This document shows positions 1-6,931 of a stretch of 20,000 bases of DNA, in pieces. Under the pieces are notes generated by a model. That model was not told the origin of the DNA, did no database searches, and was given only the letters and a program-made list of their open reading frames with translations. How positions within the stretch are numbered: the stretch's first letter is position 1; each line of letters starts with the position of its first letter. The translations under genes were made by a program, and so were the position numbers. The DNA comes from an uncultured virus (IMG/VR IMGVR_UViG_3300045284_000309) (taxonomy: Duplodnaviria; Heunggongvirae; Uroviricota; Caudoviricetes): IMG/VR virus record IMGVR_UViG_3300045284_000309. One strand, written 5' to 3'.

Positions 1-87
1 AATCCCCCTACGGCCGGAACGATCCAGTTCCCCCGAATCCATCCGGATCCGGGTTTCCTAGATCCATCCGACAAAAAAGGTGGTTAC

Positions 88-1293
88 ATGAAAACGTACG
101 GCAGAAACACTCACCAGGGGTTCATCGCCGAACAATGCGAAAGTGGCAAGTCTCAATCGGAGGCTTTCGCCACACTTGAACCGCTGGTTCTGGCTCAGAT
201 TGAGCCGATGATTTTCACGCGAAACCCTGATCGTTCTATGGGGGAATCGCATCGCATGCCGAAGCCGATGGCGCAGCAATTGCTAGACCTTCGCAACGCT
301 ATCGGCCGGATCTATTCCGCGATTGAGCGGGATAGGGCCGGAACGGGTTCTACCCGCCAGACTCGGACGATTGTTGAAACCGTGGAAACGGCCGAAACTG
401 AAATCGTCGAATCACGGCCGGTAGCGTCAGGAAAGCGCCGGATCGAGACTGAACTGGAAAAGATGGAACGTCGTCTAGATGAAATCTCCAGGTTCTGTCA
501 GTCTCGCAACGAAACGGATCCGATCGATGAAATTGGAATGCGGCCGTATGAAGCGGCAGGCAGACTGATTCCCCGTGGTGTTCCGGCCGATGCGATCCTA
601 TCGGCTATCTCGATTCACTGGTCTAGAGATGCCCGGCAAGATGCGGGTATCGCAGACTTCGATTTCACTGCGTTGTCCAGGCGGTTCATGGATGAGCAAA
701 ACTGCGAATCCTACTGGCGCAATGAACGTGGCCAGACTGAACCGCTACACGAGATGTTCGGCTACGTGCTAACGCTTGCGCAAGCTCGCCAGCCGATCTA
801 TCTCTACGGAATCAAAGGTACGGGGAAATCCCATCTTGCGAGACAGCTTGCAACGTACCTAGACCTGCCGTACGGGGAAACCCCGCTATCGGCTGGCGCA
901 AGCCGTGGCGACCTGCTAGGCAGGCTTACGGCAAGCTCTGAACGGCCGTTCATCCCGGCGAAATTCACGCAATGCTACTCAGGTGGCGGCGTGTTCAATT
1001 TCGAGGAAATGGACGCGGCTCTAGCCGAAATGATTATCGTCCTGAATAACGCATTGGCCGGTGATTATTTCGAGAATTCCATGTCCGGGGAAGCGCTCAA
1101 TAAGAGCGAGAATTTCATCCCCGTGGCAACGGCCAATACCCTCGCAATGGGGGCGAATTCAAAGTACATCCGCGAGCGTTTGGACGCGGCAACTTTGGAC
1201 AGATGGAACCCCGGCCGTGTCGAAGTGAAATTCGACAAAAAACTCGCGAAGCACATGCTTTACAAGCATAGTGGCGGAGTGAAAAACAGCTAG
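88..1293 (+). CDS. CobS/MoxR-like AAA+ ATPase (phage type) with N-terminal extension
   Basis: Walker A GIKGTGKS, Walker B FNFEEMD, sensor ATANT, arginine-finger region RERLDAATLDRW; AAAGGTGG RBS upstream. Confidence 0.85.
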   Translation: MKTYGRNTHQGFIAEQCESGKSQSEAFATLEPLVLAQIEPMIFTRNPDRSMGESHRMPKPMAQQLLDLRNAIGRIYSAIERDRAGTGSTRQTRTIVETVETAETEIVESRPVASGKRRIETELEKMERRLDEISRFCQSRNETDPIDEIGMRPYEAAGRLIPRGVPADAILSAISIHWSRDARQDAGIADFDFTALSRRFMDEQNCESYWRNERGQTEPLHEMFGYVLTLAQARQPIYLYGIKGTGKSHLARQLATYLDLPYGETPLSAGASRGDLLGRLTASSERPFIPAKFTQCYSGGGVFNFEEMDAALAEMIIVLNNALAGDYFENSMSGEALNKSENFIPVATANTLAMGANSKYIRERLDAATLDRWNPGRVEVKFDKKLAKHMLYKHSGGVKNS

Positions 1294-1395
1294 ATCATTG
1301 CGGCTGTAGGGGGATTCAATAAAACGCTAGTAAGCGGGATTTCAGGCTGAATTACACTGGATTGGGAACCCCTTCCGACTAGAAGGGATTTTCCA

Positions 1396-2274
1396 ATGAC
1401 TAAGAGCAATGAGAGCTACTTTCAGATCGATTGGTTCGATTACAAAAAGATCTTGAAATCGACCGTCCTAGACGGTAAGGCTCCGACACTGAATAACGCA
1501 AACACGACGCGGAGTTTCGCAACTCATGTTGCGGATTCCGGTAGCTGGCGCGGCTATTCAGATGGGCAATTGAAGCGGTGGATTTCAGAGGGTTACACTC
1601 CCCCTGAAATGGTCGGTGGTTTGAGTAACCTCATCCCCCCGATGCGTGAAAAGAGTCGCACGATTTGGAACGAAGATGGCGATGAATTTCATGTTGACCG
1701 CGCGATGAGTGGAACGGACAATTTCATGTCCTCTCAGTCTCGCCGGGAGGTTATCCCCGGTCTAAAGATTGAGGCCGGAATCATGTTTAGTTCGGCCACG
1801 AATCACACTGTCGTCAACAATTACACTATCTGGCTTTGCAAGGTATTGTTCTCACTCGAACAAAGTGGAATTGATACTCAGCTTACGCTCGATTTCCCGT
1901 CATGGGAAAGTGTAAATGACTCGTCGCGGAAACGTGCCGGAACGTCAGGCGCGACCCTATATCACTCAGTAGTCAGAGTGAAAAAAGAGGGTGAGATTTC
2001 CGATTTCAAGTCATGGTCGGCGATGGTATCCCCGGCAGCGCTGCGCAACTTCGGTTTCGGGGCTATCTGCCTACATGCGAATGAAATAAATGGAACCCCT
2101 AGCGGTTCGATGGGTAGGGGGGTTCCGGAACGTCACGAATGGAAACTTGTATGGAATGAGGAGAGGCGAGTTTTGATCGTTGAAAACGCCTACACTTCTT
2201 CATCGTTTCCGGAATCCAAAATGACGGCCGACTTGAAAGCCGTCATGCAAAAGGTTAGCGGCAAGACTCAGTAA
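1396..2274 (+). CDS. Probable partner of the AAA ATPase (CobT/VWA-like, unknown function)
   Basis: 292-aa ORF with AGAAGGGA RBS directly after the MoxR-type ATPase; such ATPases usually pair with a VWA-like protein; no clear MIDAS motif seen. Confidence 0.55.
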   Translation: MTKSNESYFQIDWFDYKKILKSTVLDGKAPTLNNANTTRSFATHVADSGSWRGYSDGQLKRWISEGYTPPEMVGGLSNLIPPMREKSRTIWNEDGDEFHVDRAMSGTDNFMSSQSRREVIPGLKIEAGIMFSSATNHTVVNNYTIWLCKVLFSLEQSGIDTQLTLDFPSWESVNDSSRKRAGTSGATLYHSVVRVKKEGEISDFKSWSAMVSPAALRNFGFGAICLHANEINGTPSGSMGRGVPERHEWKLVWNEERRVLIVENAYTSSSFPESKMTADLKAVMQKVSGKTQ

Positions 2275-2324
2275 TTTCATCGGGGTTTCCATCCAGTGTA
2301 ATTCGGATCTATCTTCAAGATTTC

Positions 2325-2359
2325 AGGGCGGCTCTCGCGAGAGGGTCGCCCTTTTTTTT
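2325..2359 (+). terminator. Intrinsic terminator
   Basis: AGGGCGGCTCTC-GCGA-GAGGGTCGCCCT hairpin followed by a T run. Confidence 0.85.
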
Positions 2360-2382
2360 CACGATTTCACGAATTACCTTCC

Positions 2383-2407
2383 GCCCGGTGCCAGCCGGGT
2401 TTTTTTT
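2383..2407 (+). terminator. Second tandem intrinsic terminator
   Basis: GCCCGG-TGCCAG-CCGGGT hairpin followed by a T run. Confidence 0.65.
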
Positions 2408-2723
2408 GTGCTTTCATGTTGTCAGAACGGGCAATTACCAATTACAGGATCCTGTTGCCAAGCCTGGCGATTATCGATTTCAAGGATCGAATGGGAAACC
2501 GATTTCAGGGTGGAATCCGTTTTCAATCCAAAGTGAAATGTTCGCATGTCGGTGCTCGTGAAATTTCACAATCGATTCGTCGCGGGTTGTCTGGCAATGA
2601 AATCCTGGTTATTCTGGGCCGGTGGGCGGGAGTTGGTGGGCCTCGTGGGGAAGCCGTGAAATCGCTTCTACCGTGCTCAGGCTCGTGGCCAGGTGGGAAC
2701 CCTCACCAGACGGCCGGAAGCCG

Positions 2724-2880
2724 TTAGACGGGCTTAGAGAGGCTTGCAGCCATGCGGGTTTGCGAAGCACTTGCCCCTGTGAGGCTCTGTAAGCCGTTCT
2801 AAGAGGCTGGGTTGGCCGGATGACCTGGGAGTCGCATAAGGTGGTCAGAGGCGCTTAGAGAGGCTTACAGGGGCTTGAAA
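2724..2880. repeat. Three clusters of imperfect 10-bp tandem repeats (TTASAGRGGC-like), oriented +,-,+
   Basis: GCTTAGAGAGGCTTRCAG at 2732-2749 and 2853-2870; inverted cluster at 2773-2803. Confidence 0.65.
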
Positions 2881-2961
2881 AAGGTGGGCGGCATGAGCGC
2901 TGGCGTCCGGCGTGAAACTCGGCGTGGAAAGGTGCCGCACTCGTTTTGATAGTTGGGCGCG

Positions 2962-2995
2962 AAAAATAAAAACCCCCGGCGTGAGCCAGGGGTTT
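2962..2995 (-). terminator. Intrinsic terminator of the leftward genes
   Basis: AACCCCCGGC-GTGA-GCCAGGGGTT hairpin with an A run on its left. Confidence 0.8.
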
Positions 2996-3021
2996 CGATG
3001 AAGCCGGGATGCAGAACGGGC

Positions 3022-3543
3022 TTAGATCAGCCGCGCTCCGGACGGCCTTCTGAAAAAGCCGAAGTGCGGATTATCGGGAGAGGGCTTGAGCGTGGCGGTG
3101 AAAACGATGTTACGGCCGTGAAGCTCGGAGGGCATCTTGATTTCGGCCGACTCGTGAATGTTCGCCGGGACGGTTCCCCAAACCTTGTTACCGTCGATCA
3201 GGCGCACCGTCATTTTCAGCGAGTCGCCGTAATCGCTGCTGTGCCACTTGGTCGAAAGGATCTCGCCGCTGAATTCCCGCTTGCCTGCCACGAGATCCGG
3301 CGCACCCTGTGAAATCTCCTCGTCGGCCTTCTTCGTCTCCGCATGATGCTTCGCGGTGCGCATCCACTTTTCAGTTGCGGCCTTCTGCCCTTTAGTGAGC
3401 GAGCCGAACGTCTTGACCGCCGCCTGCATGTCGCGCAGAAAATCGTGGCAGTCGTCACCTTGTGAAAACAGCCAGGAGACAAGCTCGATATTTTCGAGCC
3501 GCCACTCATTCGTATCCTGCATCCTCTGTTCGTGCCGTGTCAT
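3022..3543 (-). CDS. Hypothetical phage protein, possible C-terminal OB-like beta domain
   Basis: 173-aa ORF with GAAAGGA RBS, own promoter and downstream terminator. Confidence 0.8.
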   Translation of the reverse strand: MTRHEQRMQDTNEWRLENIELVSWLFSQGDDCHDFLRDMQAAVKTFGSLTKGQKAATEKWMRTAKHHAETKKADEEISQGAPDLVAGKREFSGEILSTKWHSSDYGDSLKMTVRLIDGNKVWGTVPANIHESAEIKMPSELHGRNIVFTATLKPSPDNPHFGFFRRPSGARLI

Positions 3544-3580
3544 GAGTCAAATTTCCTTTCGCGTGTCGGAAGCTGCGACC

Positions 3581-3609
3581 ACCATACAGGCAATTTCCTT
3601 TCCTGTCAA
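3581..3609 (-). promoter_or_regulatory. sigma70-type promoter
   Basis: TTGACA-N17-TATGGT. Confidence 0.8.
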
Positions 3610-3637
3610 GAGCAATCTTGAAGGTTTCCTAAGAACG

Positions 3638-3662
3638 AAAAGAGCCGCCTTGCGGCGGCTCT
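3638..3662 (-). terminator. Intrinsic terminator
   Basis: AGAGCCGCC-GCAA-GGCGGCTCT-TTT on the minus strand. Confidence 0.8.
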
Positions 3663-3690
3663 CGTGGAGCGGTGGAGCGTGGGAGGGATT

Positions 3691-3927
3691 TCAGAAGCCG
3701 CCCTCCATGAGATGACCGCCGTAGGTTCCGATCTTTTCATCGCGAGCCGCGAAGTGATCGGACGTTCCCATGACGGCCTTGTAAAACTTGCCACGGTCGA
3801 AGCGGGGATTGTCCTGGGCGAACGTGTCAGCGAGTGAAAGCGTGAGGCACCACACGACGCCGGTTTTGTCCTGGGCGAACGCGGGAGCGAGAGTAGCGGC
3901 GATCTTGGCGTAATCCTTCATGGTCAT
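3691..3927 (-). CDS. Small hypothetical phage protein (FxxDNPRFDRxKF motif)
   Basis: ATG at 3927 after AAGGAG RBS; motif familiar from small early phage proteins. Confidence 0.8.
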   Translation of the reverse strand: MTMKDYAKIAATLAPAFAQDKTGVVWCLTLSLADTFAQDNPRFDRGKFYKAVMGTSDHFAARDEKIGTYGGHLMEGGF

Positions 3928-3962
3928 TGCAATTTCTCCTTGTTGTCGGAAGCGATGGAACC

Positions 3963-3992
3963 ACCATAGCACGAATTTCCTTCCGGTGTCAA
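3963..3992 (-). promoter_or_regulatory. sigma70-type promoter
   Basis: TTGACA-N18-TATGGT. Confidence 0.8.
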
Positions 3993-4171
3993 GGGCGATT
4001 GCAAATTACCGTTCCGGCGTCTGAGAGAGCCGCATCGGGATTGCTGCAAAGCTTCGGAGCGCTGCAAAGCCATTCGCGCCAGGTGCCGACGAAGTGCGAG
4101 CCGTACGGATGAATTTCAGACCAGCAATGCCAGCCGAGCTTCATCGCCTGGATGACGTGAAAAAGAGTCAT
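3989..4171 (-). CDS. Hypothetical protein (60 aa, MTLFHVIQ...)
   Basis: ATGA overlap with the stop of the upstream gene. Confidence 0.6.
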   Translation of the reverse strand: MTLFHVIQAMKLGWHCWSEIHPYGSHFVGTWREWLCSAPKLCSNPDAALSDAGTVICNRP

Positions 4172-4314
4172 AGCAGGCCCGCTACATACAAGCTCAGGAC
4201 TGCAATGATGAGCGAGAGCAATCCGAGTGCGAGCGATTGCGTTGTCTTGTTTCCCGGCCTCACGCAAACAAGGAAAAGAGCGGTGAGACAGGAAAGAACG
4301 ATGGCGATTTTCAT
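4168..4314 (-). CDS. Small two-helix membrane protein (48 aa; absent from the ORF track)
   Basis: MKIAIVLSCLTALFLVCVRPGNKTTQSLALGLLSLIIAVLSLYVAGLL; ATGA overlaps at both ends. Confidence 0.7.
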   Translation of the reverse strand: MKIAIVLSCLTALFLVCVRPGNKTTQSLALGLLSLIIAVLSLYVAGLL

Positions 4315-4505
4315 GACCGGCCCTTCATGTCAGAGAGTGAAATTACAGCCTCGCGCATTGCCTCATGCTCCGCTGCCGCGCTTGACGGCTCCAAGAGCAT
4401 CACCGGCTTTTTGCGCTGCCGGTAGCGCCAGTCGATTTCAGCCACGACGCCGACCATGACGACGGCTGCGACAACAACCAGGAGAGCGGCGAGGGAGGCG
4501 GTCAT
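4311..4505 (-). CDS. Small membrane protein (64 aa)
   Basis: N-terminal hydrophobic helix followed by RYRQRKK; ATGA overlaps. Confidence 0.7.
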   Translation of the reverse strand: MTASLAALLVVVAAVVMVGVVAEIDWRYRQRKKPVMLLEPSSAAAEHEAMREAVISLSDMKGRS

Positions 4506-4675
4506 GCCCGCCCCCCTGAAAACGCCTTTGGCGCTATCGCCGTGCTCGTGTCGATAACGAGCCAATCGCCCTTGATGTTGTAATTCGCAAAATCAAGCGC
4601 GGCATTCTCGCTTGAAAACGGGCCGACTAGCTCCGGAAGATCATACCCTCCGGTGAGTAGGATGAACCAGGTCAT
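4502..4675 (-). CDS. Hypothetical protein (57 aa; absent from the ORF track)
   Basis: MTWFILLTGGYDLPELVGPFSSENAALDFA...GGRA; ATGA overlaps at both ends. Confidence 0.7.
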   Translation of the reverse strand: MTWFILLTGGYDLPELVGPFSSENAALDFANYNIKGDWLVIDTSTAIAPKAFSGGRA

Positions 4676-5082
4676 GCCCGCCCCCCGTGCTTCTTTGAAA
4701 TTGTCGGCATCGACCGGCGAACCTGCTCGCTTGAAAACGAGTAGGTATGCATGAAATCGCGCTCGCGCCGTGTGAGCTTGGCAGTCGTCTTCCTGATCGC
4801 GGCTCGCGCAACGCGGGCGAGATCGGCCAGGTATTCCATGCGGATCTGAAAAGCCAGAGACGGCTTCGGAAGCTCGCCGTTTCCCTTGACCGGCTCGCGG
4901 TCGATGTGTGAAAACGTCTCGCGGTTCTCGATCACGCCGAGAAGGTCGAAGCGCACCGGCTGCTTAGCGGCCAGCTTGCGGGCCTTCTGAGCCGCCAGGT
5001 GAAGCTCGCAGGCGTAGACGAAACCGCCGCCGTACGTGAAGGTGCATCCGCACCGCTTGCCTTTGACCATTAGCTCTACCAC
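4672..5082 (-). CDS. Hypothetical protein with N-terminal CGC...CxxH motif
   Basis: GTG start after GGAAGGA RBS and CCGACA leader. Confidence 0.7.
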   Translation of the reverse strand: MVELMVKGKRCGCTFTYGGGFVYACELHLAAQKARKLAAKQPVRFDLLGVIENRETFSHIDREPVKGNGELPKPSLAFQIRMEYLADLARVARAAIRKTTAKLTRRERDFMHTYSFSSEQVRRSMPTISKKHGGRA

Positions 5083-5117
5083 TTGAATTTCCTTCCTGTC
5101 GGAGTGCTATCTCCAAC

Positions 5118-5147
5118 AGCGTATCAGACCCTGGGCCTATTGCGCAA
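5118..5147 (-). promoter_or_regulatory. sigma70-type promoter with CCCAGGG box
   Basis: TTGCGC-N18-TACGCT; spacer contains CCCAGGGTCTGA. Confidence 0.65.
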
Positions 5148-5164
5148 GGGCAGTTAGGAAATTC

Positions 5165-5592
5165 GTATCAGGGGAAGGGAAACGGCTCTCTCGCCCCGCT
5201 GTGGCAACCGGAAGCTTGAGAGCCGTACCCTCCCCCCTTTTCCCCCCAGCCCCTCCGGAACGGGTCGGTGAACCCGGAGGACGGAGGGAACCTAGCAGCT
5301 TTTCAGGGCAGATACAACTTCCCCTGGTTGGGCGGTGTTTGACTTCTGTCCTCTGAGTCCGGGGTTTGGAGAGAAAGCGCCCTGTTCGCATATGGAATTT
5401 CAGCCCCCAGCCGGTCATCGTGGCGTAAACCGCTCGATCTGCCACCGGCCACCGTCTTTTACGATTTTGCCCATACCTACGGTGCCTGCTTGAAATTCCT
5501 TATCTGTCGGCCCGACTCTCTCGGAGGTTGTCGGGCATCAATTGAAATTCATGGTGAGCCTCGCGTGTTGCGGGTTTATTCTTGTCGGAAGT
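5165..5592 (-). ncRNA. Candidate structured non-coding RNA
   Basis: Own promoter at 5599-5627, no convincing ORF, at least 7 consecutive hairpins. Confidence 0.4.
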
Positions 5593-5598
5593 GATGCG

Positions 5599-5627
5599 AC
5601 CCTACAGGATCGCTCAGAGCGTGTCAA
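5599..5627 (-). promoter_or_regulatory. sigma70-type promoter
   Basis: TTGACA-N17-TAGGGT. Confidence 0.75.
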
Positions 5628-5630
5628 GGC

Positions 5631-5674
5631 AAAAAGAAAGGGCCGGGGGAGTCTCACCTTGAACCCCGGCCCTT
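5631..5674 (-). terminator. Intrinsic terminator
   Basis: AAGGGCCGGGG/CCCCGGCCCTT stem followed by TCTTTTT on the minus strand. Confidence 0.8.
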
Positions 5675-5724
5675 CCGCCTAGCTCCTTCCGACAAGAAAG
5701 GATTTCGTTGACCACGGTAGCAGC

Positions 5725-6000
5725 TTACGGGGATTGTGTCAACCCCTGCTGCTCGATCACATGCAGAGCGGCCGTGAAACCGTCCAGCCACAGGGATGCA
5801 AGCGTAGCGGCGGCTCCGACTGTCGGCCGGATTTCAGGGGATGCCATCAGGATCATTCTGGCCCGCTGAGTCGCGCAGTATTGAGCCGATTCCATATCCA
5901 CACCCATCGCCTCGATCCCCTTGAAAAGATCCTGGGAGGCGTCGGCCAGGGCATCATTCATGCGGACGGCCGCAAAGATTTCCTCGCCGGTGATTTTCAT
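5725..6000 (-). CDS. Hypothetical protein
   Basis: 91-aa ORF with ATGA overlap and GAAAG upstream. Confidence 0.75.
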   Translation of the reverse strand: MKITGEEIFAAVRMNDALADASQDLFKGIEAMGVDMESAQYCATQRARMILMASPEIRPTVGAAATLASLWLDGFTAALHVIEQQGLTQSP

Positions 6001-6350
6001 GACTTGCGCTCCATGTTGAAGCTCTCGGCCAGGCCAGAAGTCAGCGCCTGAATTTCAACGAGCATACGCTCGTCATCCGTGAGCGTACGCCAGCCTACCG
6101 GCTCCGGTGAAAACATCGTTCGGTCAATGGCCACGACATCGCCAATTGAAATCGAGCGGCCTTCATAGCCCTTGGGCGGCGTCATGACTTCATCGACCCG
6201 CTGAAAACGACGCCAAACGTCGTCAACGGTGAAGCTCCGATCCGGGAAAGCGTCTTGGCTGTCCTCGACCCAGACAAGCTTGTAATTCGCGCTGTCCTTG
6301 AACCCCATGCAGGTCTGAACAAACGGGGCTTGATAGATTGCGATTTTCAT
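5997..6350 (-). CDS. YodL-like domain protein
   Basis: IYQ...NYKLVW...VWRRFQ...PPKGYEGRSISIGDVV matches the YodL pattern (Y..V...F..FN...P..Y.GHSLSVSDVV). Confidence 0.7.
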   Translation of the reverse strand: MKIAIYQAPFVQTCMGFKDSANYKLVWVEDSQDAFPDRSFTVDDVWRRFQRVDEVMTPPKGYEGRSISIGDVVAIDRTMFSPEPVGWRTLTDDERMLVEIQALTSGLAESFNMERKS

Positions 6351-6482
6351 TTAGGCTTCCTTTGCGCACGGCTCGCAAACGCAAGCCGTGGTGAGTAGGG
6401 GAGTCTTGAAAAAGAACCAGTTGCGCAGGGTGAAGGTGCCGCACCCATCGCATCGCGCTCTTTTGTTACAGAGTTTCCACAT
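6351..6482 (-). CDS. Small Cys-rich (Zn-ribbon) protein, 43 aa
   Basis: MWKLCNKRARCDGCG...CEPC; CCGACA leader and GAAAGGG RBS embedded in the 3' end of the HNH gene. Confidence 0.7.
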   Translation of the reverse strand: MWKLCNKRARCDGCGTFTLRNWFFFKTPLLTTACVCEPCAKEA

Positions 6483-6483
6483 T

Positions 6484-6891
6484 TCAACCCTTTCGCTGTC
6501 GGAGGTTCTTGCACTTGCGGCATTGCCTTGTGCCGGTGTCCGGACGAATGTAGACGTTTTCATCCGAAAGCAAATGGCCATTGACGCAATGCGTTTGTCG
6601 AGCCTTCATTGCCACGAAATTTTCACCACGTAGAAGGTTCTCCTGGTGCGTCACAGGCTCGCAGTGAAAAGGATTGGCGCAAGCTCGCTGTCTGCACAGA
6701 TGGTCAAGCTCCAAGTCTTCCAGGATCGGCCCGATAACAATTTCATACATGACTCGGTGAGTCAGACACGTTCGCCCTTCGACGCTTATCGTGCCGTAGC
6801 CCCTGTCAGACTTCGCGCCGCGCCATAGCCAGCAGTCCCATTCGCCACTGGCTACTGAAATTCCCTCCACTATACGAGCTTCCAGATTCAT
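6484..6891 (-). CDS. HNH homing endonuclease
   Basis: CWLWRG...GYG...HRVMYE...LDHLCRQRACANPFH...EN core and C-terminal THCVNGH...CRKC domain; ATG at 6891 overlaps a TGA. Confidence 0.9.
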   Translation of the reverse strand: MNLEARIVEGISVASGEWDCWLWRGAKSDRGYGTISVEGRTCLTHRVMYEIVIGPILEDLELDHLCRQRACANPFHCEPVTHQENLLRGENFVAMKARQTHCVNGHLLSDENVYIRPDTGTRQCRKCKNLRQRKG

Positions 6892-6929
6892 CAATGGCAC
6901 CTTGCCCGCTTCTCGCAGAGCTTCCACAT
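6891..6929 (-). pseudogene. Truncated duplicate N-terminus of the 6351-6482 gene (MWKLCEKRARCH*)
   Basis: 10 of the first 11 aa identical to the downstream copy. Confidence 0.75.
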
Positions 6930-6931
6930 TT

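Noticed and set aside
37..72. ATCCATCCGGA direct repeat (37-47, 62-72)
   Set aside because: Only two short copies at the window edge; context insufficient to interpret
88..1293. Cobalamin biosynthesis role (gene symbol cobS)
   Set aside because: Only generic MoxR-type AAA motifs are visible; no cobN or other pathway genes
2416..2727. 103-aa + strand ORF
   Set aside because: Lies after a double terminator, has no RBS, and overlaps motif-dense non-coding DNA
2724..2880. Repeats as a mini-CRISPR array
   Set aside because: Units are 10-bp tandem repeats in mixed orientation, without a repeat-spacer layout
5375..5408. GGGGCTGAA resembling a tmRNA 5' end
   Set aside because: No TTCGAC after it, and no T-arm or matching CCA acceptor end found
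5137..5445. 102-aa minus-strand ORF
   Set aside because: No RBS, low-complexity G/R/P composition, overlaps hairpins and a promoter
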